The position numbers were made by a program, and so were the translations under genes. From Verrucomicrobia bacterium UBA3624 (GTDB lineage Bacteria; Verrucomicrobiota; Kiritimatiellia; RFP12; UBA1067), in assembly GCA_002373695.1 (NCBI GenBank), contig DFLH01000011.1:1-62746 (forward strand): 62,746 nt of DNA, given 5' to 3'. Below are positions 38,721-47,640 of this stretch, one piece after another; the first letter of the stretch is position 1, and each line of letters starts with the position of its first letter. Under the pieces are notes generated by a model. The model was given only the letters and a program-made list of their open reading frames with translations, ran no database searches and was not told the DNA's origin.

Positions 38721-41096
38721 TCATTCGTCCACGCGCCACATGAGCGTCTGGCCGAGCGACATGTCCACGTCAATGCTCTCCACTTCGCGCCCGTAGAAGC
38801 GCTTTTCGTAGACCTCATACGGCGAACAACGACGCTTGAAGCGGATTGTGCGCGTGCCGTCGTCCTTGGCATGGACGCTTACGAAGTTCTCGTTGGCATA
38901 GATCACGTCACCGCCGTACGCGTATATGTGGCATCCGGCAAGTTCGGCGATCGCCGAAAGCAGGTCGTATTGCACCACCTGCGCGGCACAGTACACGCTT
39001 CGCGCGCCGCCGACGTCTTTCATCGCCAGCGCGACCCTGCCGTCCGAACAGTACCGTCCCAGAACCTTAGCGCCAGGATCGTTCACATGGAACGCGGGAT
39101 TGAGGTACGGCGGCGGAACTAGCGGGCGCTCCATCCAGATGTTGCTGTGAACATCCGCATCGATCACTCCGTAGCGCTTGGTGACCGACGTCCTCTTTAG
39201 CAGGTGCAACGCGGAAGGTTCTATCCGAAAATGAGGGAACACCGTGTGGCCGATGTACCCCACCTTCATGCCGACCGTCGCCGCCACGTTCTCTGGCGAC
39301 ATTACGCCATTTGCCCGCTCGTCCACGAATCCAGGCGCATACATCCAAAGTATTGTCGCCCCGTTTCGCCGCGCCTTGGCGTATATCGCCTCCCGTCTCT
39401 CCGCCGTGAGACAATAGGCGTTCATCATTACGTATAGCTTGTAGTCCTGCATGTTCGGATTCGCAAGGTCGTCGAGGAAATACCAGTCCACGCCAGCGCC
39501 GATGCGTCCCAGGTCTGATGTTCGCCAATAGTCCAGCACCAGCTTGCTCGTCGCCTCGGAAACCGCATGGATGGAATCCGCGTCGCAGACGACTGCGATC
39601 TCATTGCGCTTCGTCCTGTCGAGCGAATAGGCGATGTCGGCGATTTCGCGTTGTCTGCGGAAAAGGGAAAGGATTGCGGGATCGTCGTACCAGCCGTTGC
39701 CCATGTCAAACCACCAGCCGTTCAAGCATTCGCAGATGTTGCGGGCGAAATCGCGCTTGAGGGTATTCACCGAATCCGCCACCGTGTAGAGCGCCATCGC
39801 GTCGCGCTGCATCCAAGGCTTGCACAAGTGCGTGCGCGAATCGTCTTCGCAGATGTATATGAGGTTTCGCAACCGGAACGAATCCTGCATCTCGCGCTGG
39901 GCGACTATGCCGCCCGGCTCGCGGTTGTTGTACACGCCTGGCGCCGCCAGGAAATCGACCACGCCCGAGTCGAGAATGCGTTGCGTCCCGGTGGACGTTG
40001 AGAGATTGAAGTAGCCGGTACAGCCCAAGGCACCGTAAAACGCGCCCGTAAGCCGGTTCGGGCTAATACGCTTCAGCGTCCGCGCGAAATGGATGACCGT
40101 GTTTGCCGTGCCTTCGTGCCATGCGTCGTAGAAGTCTTTGACATGCGCGAACCCGTCCATGTTGAGGAATACGCCAACATGCGCGTCTTTGTTGGCGTCG
40201 CCGTTCTTGCCGCCAAGCGTGCGGTCTTCGTATTCCCACGAATGGAGCGCGTTCAGTATCTTGGCGTCCGCGTTCTTGATGAAAGCCTGATCGCCAGGCG
40301 TCGGGACAAGAGGCTTCTCGAACGTGGCGTCTGGACGCTTCCACGCCTTGCGCAAAGCTTCCACAGTTCCGTACTTCGCGCGAATAAAACACTCGTACTC
40401 GCGGCGGAACGGCTCGGAGAAATCGCAGTACCGTCCCTCCGGCGTCGTCATGCCGATGGGGTAGTACCATTCGGACGTGCCGCCGGCGCAGAGGAACGTC
40501 CCAATCACGCGTCGCGACACGTCGCTTGCGTCCAACCGTCTGAAAAATTCCTCAAGCGCATGCGCCCCTTCCTCGCGCCATTTGCCGGAACAGAGCGAAA
40601 GCATCCCGCTGATCGGCTTGCCGCTGATCGTCGTGCATACCGTCTTGCGGTGCGATCCGTCGTCGTACGTCACCATCTCCTCTGGATGCGCCTCGACCCA
40701 TTCGGCCGACGGGCTGACGTTAAGCCGAAGCATGATCCATGCGTCCGGCACCGCGTCTATGAGGCGGCGGATTTTCGCGATCGCGCAGTCCGTGCCGTCT
40801 GGCCATCCATTCTCCTTGTTCTCCGGCTGGTGCCATGCCGTCGTACAAGTGACGTAGAACACGCGCGAGCCGGCATCCGCAAGCCGCCGCCAGTAGGCTT
40901 TCTGCTCGGCGTCGCTCTTGGGATGCCAATCGTCGCAGACGAGCATGGACATCGGCGGATACGCCCTGCCGTCCACCATAACCGCCGGCTCGCCGTGATA
41001 CCGCTCTACGCGCGCCGTCGGCAGTTCCGCCGCTACGCATCGACATGCCGCCGCGGCGACAACCAAGGCCACCGACCGAATAGTCCATGTAGTCAT
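38721..41096 (-). CDS. Secreted GH42/beta-galactosidase-like (clan GH-A) protein
   Basis: WVEAHPEE, GGTSEW, KYGTVEALRKAW, VDFLAAP and CEDDSRTH motifs, plus a trimerisation-like YKLYVM region. Confidence 0.65.
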   Translation of the reverse strand: MTTWTIRSVALVVAAAACRCVAAELPTARVERYHGEPAVMVDGRAYPPMSMLVCDDWHPKSDAEQKAYWRRLADAGSRVFYVTCTTAWHQPENKENGWPDGTDCAIAKIRRLIDAVPDAWIMLRLNVSPSAEWVEAHPEEMVTYDDGSHRKTVCTTISGKPISGMLSLCSGKWREEGAHALEEFFRRLDASDVSRRVIGTFLCAGGTSEWYYPIGMTTPEGRYCDFSEPFRREYECFIRAKYGTVEALRKAWKRPDATFEKPLVPTPGDQAFIKNADAKILNALHSWEYEDRTLGGKNGDANKDAHVGVFLNMDGFAHVKDFYDAWHEGTANTVIHFARTLKRISPNRLTGAFYGALGCTGYFNLSTSTGTQRILDSGVVDFLAAPGVYNNREPGGIVAQREMQDSFRLRNLIYICEDDSRTHLCKPWMQRDAMALYTVADSVNTLKRDFARNICECLNGWWFDMGNGWYDDPAILSLFRRQREIADIAYSLDRTKRNEIAVVCDADSIHAVSEATSKLVLDYWRTSDLGRIGAGVDWYFLDDLANPNMQDYKLYVMMNAYCLTAERREAIYAKARRNGATILWMYAPGFVDERANGVMSPENVAATVGMKVGYIGHTVFPHFRIEPSALHLLKRTSVTKRYGVIDADVHSNIWMERPLVPPPYLNPAFHVNDPGAKVLGRYCSDGRVALAMKDVGGARSVYCAAQVVQYDLLSAIAELAGCHIYAYGGDVIYANENFVSVHAKDDGTRTIRFKRRCSPYEVYEKRFYGREVESIDVDMSLGQTLMWRVDE

Positions 41097-41107
41097 CGAC
41101 AACCTCC

Positions 41108-42313
41108 CTACCAGACAATCGGATAGCAGTCGGCCGGCACGATCCGGCAGGCTCCATAGGCGCCGTTTTCCGTCGATGTGGCAAGTTCGTGCTTGAACGA
41201 CGCGTCCGGCATGCGTTTGCCGTAGTATGACATGTCGTCAAATCCAGCCCTGTCCGCCCACGCCACGATGTCCTGGCCTCGTTGCCGAAAATAGGCGCGT
41301 ACAGCCTTGCAGTATCCGTCAAGCGCCTGGAACTGCACCGTGAAAGAGTCGGCCGTGCGCTCGGTTATCACCCCTTTCGCCATATGGCGCACAGGAATCC
41401 ATCGGCCCTGAAGCGTTGCCGACACGGCCTTGATCTCGGCTATGTCCGTATTCTTCCACACGACGCGTTCCTCAGCCGTCAGGAATGGTTCGTATCGCGG
41501 CGGACGGACCGGGCGAACGACTGCCCGTACGTCGGTAGGTACGAGCGAACATGAAAGCATGCAGTGATCGCTCAGGCGCTTGTCTGCGTGAACATGGACG
41601 TCCGAGACGGCAAACCCCCTGACGATTATGTTGTCGATTGCCATCTTGGGCTCCCATGAGTAGCACGTAAGGATGGAACCGTCATTGGCAAGCGAAAACC
41701 CGGAGTCGACGAACGGCTTAAGCTCTTCCTGCGAATCTACATTCCAGTCGCCTCCGATGATCACGCGCGGGAAATCGCCGACCGCCTCCAGAAGCTGCCG
41801 AATCTGCTCCGTGCGCATCTCCCGATGGTTCTTGGGCCAGTTCGGTTCAAGATGGGTGGCGATCACTAGAGTCTCAAGTCCGTCGATGTCCGCAAGCATA
41901 AAGTGGAAGTTCGTGTTCTGGTAGTGACGGCTGTAGGCATATACGCCATCGCTCTTGCACGCGCAGCCGTTGGCGAAGATGGAGTTCACGTGTCCACCGC
42001 CGCCGGACGGCCCCTCAAGTGACACCTTGTATCCGCCGAAGACGGTTTCAGGCGTACGTAAGGTCTTCTCGGTGTCCATGTACGGCGAATATTCCTCTAC
42101 CATCATGATGCGCGCGCCGACAGGGTCGACGAATCCCCTGTACGCCTCGCGCCACTTGTCTCCCTCCGCGGCAGGAAACTTCGAAGTCGCGCTTATGCCC
42201 AGCGAGAAATGCCCGATATTCCATGTCGCCACCGTGAACTTGCCGCTGTCCGCAACGGTTGTGGACAACACGAACGACGAGACCGCCACTGCAAGCGTGT
42301 TTGAAACCTTCAT
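41108..42313 (-). CDS. Secreted endonuclease/exonuclease/phosphatase-family protein with an extra C-terminal domain
   Basis: VATWNIGH, THL, IIGGDWN, IDNI and SDH motifs. Confidence 0.85.
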   Translation of the reverse strand: MKVSNTLAVAVSSFVLSTTVADSGKFTVATWNIGHFSLGISATSKFPAAEGDKWREAYRGFVDPVGARIMMVEEYSPYMDTEKTLRTPETVFGGYKVSLEGPSGGGGHVNSIFANGCACKSDGVYAYSRHYQNTNFHFMLADIDGLETLVIATHLEPNWPKNHREMRTEQIRQLLEAVGDFPRVIIGGDWNVDSQEELKPFVDSGFSLANDGSILTCYSWEPKMAIDNIIVRGFAVSDVHVHADKRLSDHCMLSCSLVPTDVRAVVRPVRPPRYEPFLTAEERVVWKNTDIAEIKAVSATLQGRWIPVRHMAKGVITERTADSFTVQFQALDGYCKAVRAYFRQRGQDIVAWADRAGFDDMSYYGKRMPDASFKHELATSTENGAYGACRIVPADCYPIVW

Positions 42314-42337
42314 GTCAACCTCTCCTTTTTCGATTCG

Positions 42338-44320
42338 TCACCTGATCGATATTGCAAAGCCGCCTTTGTACGGATGAAGCCAGCCGTTTTCGTCAATCAT
42401 ACAGCGCATATCGTTGATGCGTATCGCCCTCAACTGAGCGGTCGTGAGCCCAGTCGCGTCCGTGCCGACACGGATGACCTGGTTGGAACGATCAAACGCC
42501 CCGGCGATGTCGAGCCGCGCGTCTGCGGCCCATTCCTTTTCGGCGGATGCCGTGAACGACAATGTCTTGCCAGCGCCGATTTCCACGGCGGCGTTCCCCG
42601 TTACGACGAGCGCGCCGAAAACCGCATTATCGCCGAAGGAGATAGTGCCGCCCTCAAGCTGCAATGGACCGGTGATCGCGCCGCCTTGCGCGAACGTCGC
42701 CCTTGCGGAACCTTTCTTCGCTAACGTTGCGCCGGAATACACAGTATTCTCCTCAAGCGCGCCATGCACCACCATGTCCGCCTGCGTGTCGAGCACGACC
42801 TTTCTTTCGGAGTTGTTGGCGACAAGGCGGAAGCCGGAGAAGATGTCGATCTCGCCGTCTCCCACCGTCTGCAGACAGGCGTCGCGCTGGTATGCGACCT
42901 GCAGCGTCTGTCCGCTCCAGCTCGCACCGTCCGCGAAGAGCGCGTTGTTGACATAGTGGTTTCGGTTCCCGTTGTACACCGCACCTCCCAGAACCTTCAG
43001 AACGTCTGTCTGGTTGATCGTCCATGGCGCCATGCAGCGGATTTCGGAACCGGTTTCCGCCACGAAAGTGTTTTGCGGAAATACATTCCACTCGCCACCG
43101 GCGGCGAGTTCCAGCGTACCGACGTCCACCGCCCGCGCCGTCGTTCCGGCTGCAAGCTGGCTTCCGGTCACTTTCACCTTGCAGCCGTCGGCGGTCGTTC
43201 CGCCCGTCCAGCTTTTCACGCCAGAAAGCGTCACTGTCGGGAGGGAACGCCGCGTAAACGATATCGACTCTAATCCGTATCCGTCTGCCGTGGCGGAGGT
43301 GGCGATCTGACGGTCTGGATTGGTCCAGTCGTAAATGCTCACGGACTCGTCCTGTCCGGCGCCCGCCTGGCGGGTGATCAGGCCCTTGACGGCGACGTCG
43401 CCGCCGTTCTGCGAGAGCTGCACGACCATGCCGCGTAAAACGTTGTTGGCGTTGCGGGCCATTATTTCCACCGTAACGGTTCCGTCCATGACATTGGTGG
43501 TCGCATGATAGACCTTTCCGCCTTCCACGCGCCCTACCCAGCCGCCGTTGAACACCGCCGACGTGATTTCGACGTCGAAGACGTCCGTATCCTCAATGAG
43601 CGTCTGGGCGTTTTTCGTGACATACTTGCCGAATTCGTGTTGCGTCTCGATACGCGCGCCGGAACCATGGAAGCGAATACCTCCATTTCCAGAGATTGGC
43701 ATGGACACCGTGCAATCGCCCGCCACGTCCACCTGGAGAATGCCGCCGTCCACCACGATTTCGTCAGCGCCGGCGGGAAGTTCGCCGATGGTCCGGGACA
43801 CGTCGCCGAACGCCTCGATGCCGTAGGCACCATAGCCGTTCGCCGTATCGGACGTTGCGAGGGACGTCGTGAACAAGCTGTCGGGCAACGGTGTGCCGTA
43901 GCTGGACTCGTCGCCACGCGCCGCTTTGTCGGCGCGCGCCACGATGTCCGCCCCTTCTTGCCGGAAATAAGCCCTTACCGTCTTGCACCCTCCATTGACG
44001 CATTGGAACTGGACGGTCATGGCGCCGGGCGCGCGTTCGCATATCACGCCAATTCCTGGGGTGGCCGTGCCGATCCATCCGCCTTTGACCATGCATGTGA
44101 AAGATTCTATGTCCGCGAGGTCGCGGTTTTCCCAGATTTTCGTTTCCGAGGTGGTGAGATACGGGGCGTACAGACGCGAGAGGTCGTATGTCACGGTCTC
44201 GGAACGTCCGTCGCCGGCCATTGCCGCGATCGCCGCCATCAGAAACATCCTCGCGGCGATTCCGGCGGCCGCGCATCTCTTGCAGGACATCATGCCGTAG
44301 AGCTCTTTTCCTGTTGCCAT
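42338..44320 (-). CDS. Secreted passenger-repeat protein with two copies of an unassigned ~105-aa domain
   Basis: Signal peptide; SWTGGT and LAKKGSA..ITGPLQLEGGT repeats; ends YKGGFAISIR. Confidence 0.75.
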   Translation of the reverse strand: MATGKELYGMMSCKRCAAAGIAARMFLMAAIAAMAGDGRSETVTYDLSRLYAPYLTTSETKIWENRDLADIESFTCMVKGGWIGTATPGIGVICERAPGAMTVQFQCVNGGCKTVRAYFRQEGADIVARADKAARGDESSYGTPLPDSLFTTSLATSDTANGYGAYGIEAFGDVSRTIGELPAGADEIVVDGGILQVDVAGDCTVSMPISGNGGIRFHGSGARIETQHEFGKYVTKNAQTLIEDTDVFDVEITSAVFNGGWVGRVEGGKVYHATTNVMDGTVTVEIMARNANNVLRGMVVQLSQNGGDVAVKGLITRQAGAGQDESVSIYDWTNPDRQIATSATADGYGLESISFTRRSLPTVTLSGVKSWTGGTTADGCKVKVTGSQLAAGTTARAVDVGTLELAAGGEWNVFPQNTFVAETGSEIRCMAPWTINQTDVLKVLGGAVYNGNRNHYVNNALFADGASWSGQTLQVAYQRDACLQTVGDGEIDIFSGFRLVANNSERKVVLDTQADMVVHGALEENTVYSGATLAKKGSARATFAQGGAITGPLQLEGGTISFGDNAVFGALVVTGNAAVEIGAGKTLSFTASAEKEWAADARLDIAGAFDRSNQVIRVGTDATGLTTAQLRAIRINDMRCMIDENGWLHPYKGGFAISIR

Positions 44321-44499
44321 GGCCTTTCCTCTCATCGTTTTTGATCCTTGTTTCGCCTCTTCCCGCACACGCGGGACACGTAGGCGCGCAGATGGCGGCC
44401 ATTATAACAAATTGAGTTTGTCCGAGACAACGGATTGACATTCATTATCGGCCAATGACATGTTCCATTTGTGCCAATGTCATGATATACTAACGTGCC

Positions 44500-45663
44500 A
44501 TGAAGATCAAAGGCCACCACAACGTGCTTGTTGTTTGTTCGATGAGGGACTATGCGGGACGTGAATTTTTTGCAGGCGTCCTGGATGCCATGTCCAACAC
44601 GAGCAACTGGCATCTGAGCACGGTCCGTCCGGGACGGTTCTTCTCTAATCGCGAACTTGTAAACGAGGAAGGCGAACCGTACGACGGGTTCATACTCTCG
44701 ATGCCAGGAACCGACGAAGTGATGCAGCGTATCGCCAAATCGAACACGCCGACAGTTCTCGTCAACATCACCGATCGGCGACTCTCCGCCCGCTGCGAAG
44801 CCGTGGCCTCCGTATGGCTCGACAATGCGGACATCGGACGCCGTGCCGCGCAACATCTCCTTGCGCGTAGCGTATGCAAGGCGGCTGGCTACGTCCACGA
44901 GCTGAAACATCCGTTTTATTCCGAAGAGCGCATGATGGCATTCCGGCGAGTCATGAAGCGCAACGGTTGCGAAACGTCCGTATTTGATGACAGCGGCGAT
45001 TATGGGGACTTCTTTACGCGACTGCGCGTCTGGGTAAGAGGTCTGCCTACACCCGCCGCAGTAATGACCGCGTCTGATATGCGCGCGGCTGACGTGATCA
45101 ATGCTTGCAAGGCAGAGGGAATCCTCGTACCCTCGCAGATATCCGTCGTCGGCGTGGACTGCGACGTGTCGCAACATACGAAGTGCGGCATGATTATTTC
45201 GAGCGTTCCAATCAACATGCGCATGATGGGGCAACAGGCGGTGCGGGAGCTCGACTTTCTATTCAAGCACCCAAAATGGAAAGGGCGCACACATGAAGTA
45301 CTCATACCGGCCAAAGAGGTATTCCGCGGCGAATCAACGTCATGCTCGGTCTCGGCTACGCGACTCGTAAAGATGGCGCTCGACTTCATCGCCGCGAACC
45401 GCATGAACCGCCTTGCGTCTTCGGATGTCATAGCCCATCTGGGATGCTCGCGCCAGCTGGCGAACCTGCGTTTCTCGCAGGTTTGCGGCACGACGATCAA
45501 GAAGAGCATAGAAAAAGCGCGGCTGGAAGAGGTTCAGAAGCGTATCCGCTCCGGCGAGAAAGTGAGTGCCGTCGTCAAGTCTATGCGGTTCACGTCCGCC
45601 AACCAGCTCTATCGCATCTATAAGCGGCACTTCGGTCACACCATCCGCCAAACCGGCATCTAG
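44500..45663 (+). CDS. XylR-type regulator (LacI-like sensor domain plus AraC HTH)
   Basis: VWLDNADIG, VPSQISVVGVD and C-terminal AraC double HTH. Confidence 0.9.
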   Translation: MKIKGHHNVLVVCSMRDYAGREFFAGVLDAMSNTSNWHLSTVRPGRFFSNRELVNEEGEPYDGFILSMPGTDEVMQRIAKSNTPTVLVNITDRRLSARCEAVASVWLDNADIGRRAAQHLLARSVCKAAGYVHELKHPFYSEERMMAFRRVMKRNGCETSVFDDSGDYGDFFTRLRVWVRGLPTPAAVMTASDMRAADVINACKAEGILVPSQISVVGVDCDVSQHTKCGMIISSVPINMRMMGQQAVRELDFLFKHPKWKGRTHEVLIPAKEVFRGESTSCSVSATRLVKMALDFIAANRMNRLASSDVIAHLGCSRQLANLRFSQVCGTTIKKSIEKARLEEVQKRIRSGEKVSAVVKSMRFTSANQLYRIYKRHFGHTIRQTGI

Positions 45664-45709
45664 CCTCGCGCTCTATATCGAAAAAGCGATCAATTGCGCC
45701 GTGGAAACA

Positions 45710-45737
45710 AAAGCCCCGCCGGGAACGGCGGGGCTTT
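45710..45737. terminator. Intrinsic (probably bidirectional) terminator between xylR-like gene and hydA
   Basis: aaagccccgccg-ggaa-cggcggggcttt. Confidence 0.85.
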
Positions 45738-45740
45738 CGT

Positions 45741-45794
45741 GTTGCGCGTCGTGCGTTCGGGGGCTTACGCCTTGAACTGGTAGACGTCGCGCTT
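45741..45794. repeat. Direct repeat overlapping the last 10 codons of hydA (att-like)
   Basis: 51/54 identical to 38418-38471. Confidence 0.9.
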
Positions 45795-47579
45795 GTGGTA
45801 CTTCGTGTGGAGGAGGTGGTGGGCCTTCTCGCCGCCCTGCGCGCCGGTCTTGCCGTCGAGGTAGTCCTTGTAGAGGGCCTGGACCTGCGGGTTGAGGTGC
45901 GACATGCGGAGCGTCGACTTCTCGTCGTCCGTGTAGATGCCAGCCGTGCGCTTCGCGCGGACCGCGTCCGTCGCGAGGCAGGGCTGGCCGCCGCCGCCGA
46001 TGCAGCCGCCGCGGCACGCCATCACCTCGATGAAGTCGTAGCGCGGCTTGACGCCGTTCTTGCGGTCTTCGCGGATCTCGTTGATGATCTTCTCCACGTT
46101 GCCCATCTGGTGCGCGACGGCGATGTTCACCTTCGTGCCCTTGATGTCGATGGTGGCCGTCTTCACGCCCTCCATGCCGCGCACTTCCTTGAAGTCGATG
46201 CTCGGGGGCTGCGCCTCGCCGGTGATCAGGCAGTAGGCGGTGCGGAGGGCCGCCTCCATCACGCCGCCCGTCACGCCGAAGATCGTGCCCGCGCCCGTGT
46301 AGGCGCCGAGCAGGTCGTCGGCCTTCTCCTCGGGGAGGTCGTTGAAGTCGATGCCGGCCGCCTTGATCATGCGGGCGAGTTCGCGCGTGGTGAGCACCAC
46401 GTCCGTGTCCTGCGTGCCGGTGGCGGACATGTTCTCGTCGCGGGAGATCTCGTACTTCTTCGCCGTGCAGGGCATGATCGAGGTCACGTGGATCTTCGTG
46501 TGGTCCACGCCGTTCTTGTCGGCCCAGTAGCTCTTCGCGAGCGCGGAGAGCATCTGCTGCGGGGACTTGGCGGACGAGAAGTTCTCCGTGAAGTCGGGGG
46601 CGTACTTCTCCATCCAGTCGGTCCACGCCGGGCAGCAGCTCGTGAGCAGCGGCAGCGTGCCGCCCTCGGTGAAGCGCTTGATGAACTCCGTGCCCTCCTC
46701 CATGATCGTGACGTCGGCGGAGAAGTTCGTGTCGAACACCTTGTCGAAGCCGAGCATGCGCAGGGCCGCGTAGATCTTTCCCGTGGTGAGCGCGCCGGGT
46801 TCGAGGCCGAACGCCTCGCCGAGCGCCACGCGCACGGCCGGGGCGATCTGCACAAGGCAGGTCTTCTCAGGGTCGCGCAGGGCGGCCCACACCTTGGCCG
46901 TCTCGTCGTTCTCGTAGATCGCGCCCACGGGGCAGTGCGCGGAGCATTGGCCGCACTTGATGCAGGGCGACTCGTTGAGCGGCACGCCGGCGGCGGGCTG
47001 CATCACGGTCTTCTCTCCGCGGCCGATGAACTCGAGCGCCCACACGTTCTGCATCTCCTGGCAGACTTCCGCGCAGCGGCCGCACTTGATGCACTTGTCC
47101 GGGTAGAGGACGATCGACGGCGTAGACTTGTCGGGCTCGTGGTGCACGACCTCCTTCGGGAACGGGATCTCGCGGATGCCGAAGTCGGCCGCGATGGACT
47201 GCAGCTCGCAGGAACCGGAACGCGGGCACTGGAGGCAGTCCGACGGATGGTTCGCTAGGATGAGCTCAAGCACGGTCTTGCGCACCTGGACGATGTCCGG
47301 GTCGTGCGTGACGATGTGCATGCCGGCCGTCGCCTCCGTGCAGCACGCGCGAAGGAGCTTGGGGCTCGGCACGAGCCTGCCGTTGTCGGCGGGGTTGCGG
47401 CTGGGGACGAGCTGGCGCACCACGCAGATGCCGCAGCTCGCGCCAGCCCTAAGATCCGGGTGGTAGCAGAGCGTGGGAATCTTTATGTGCGCGGCCTTGG
47501 CGGCGTTGAGTATCGATGTGCCCTTCGGAACTTCGACTGTCTTGCCGTTGATTTCAAGGGTAATCATTTCGGTTTCCAT
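45765..47579 (-). CDS. hydA: [FeFe] hydrogenase catalytic subunit, group A3 (HydA/HndD)
   Basis: H-cluster motifs TSCCPAW, MPCTAKKYE and EVMACRGGCIGGGGQP; N-terminal 2Fe-2S and 4Fe-4S domains. Confidence 0.97.
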   Translation of the reverse strand: METEMITLEINGKTVEVPKGTSILNAAKAAHIKIPTLCYHPDLRAGASCGICVVRQLVPSRNPADNGRLVPSPKLLRACCTEATAGMHIVTHDPDIVQVRKTVLELILANHPSDCLQCPRSGSCELQSIAADFGIREIPFPKEVVHHEPDKSTPSIVLYPDKCIKCGRCAEVCQEMQNVWALEFIGRGEKTVMQPAAGVPLNESPCIKCGQCSAHCPVGAIYENDETAKVWAALRDPEKTCLVQIAPAVRVALGEAFGLEPGALTTGKIYAALRMLGFDKVFDTNFSADVTIMEEGTEFIKRFTEGGTLPLLTSCCPAWTDWMEKYAPDFTENFSSAKSPQQMLSALAKSYWADKNGVDHTKIHVTSIMPCTAKKYEISRDENMSATGTQDTDVVLTTRELARMIKAAGIDFNDLPEEKADDLLGAYTGAGTIFGVTGGVMEAALRTAYCLITGEAQPPSIDFKEVRGMEGVKTATIDIKGTKVNIAVAHQMGNVEKIINEIREDRKNGVKPRYDFIEVMACRGGCIGGGGQPCLATDAVRAKRTAGIYTDDEKSTLRMSHLNPQVQALYKDYLDGKTGAQGGEKAHHLLHTKYHKRDVYQFKA

Positions 47580-47640
47580 GATTGAAATATCCTTTCCTTA
47601 TTGAGAGGGTTCGGGGGAGGCGGGCCTCCACCGTCCGTTG

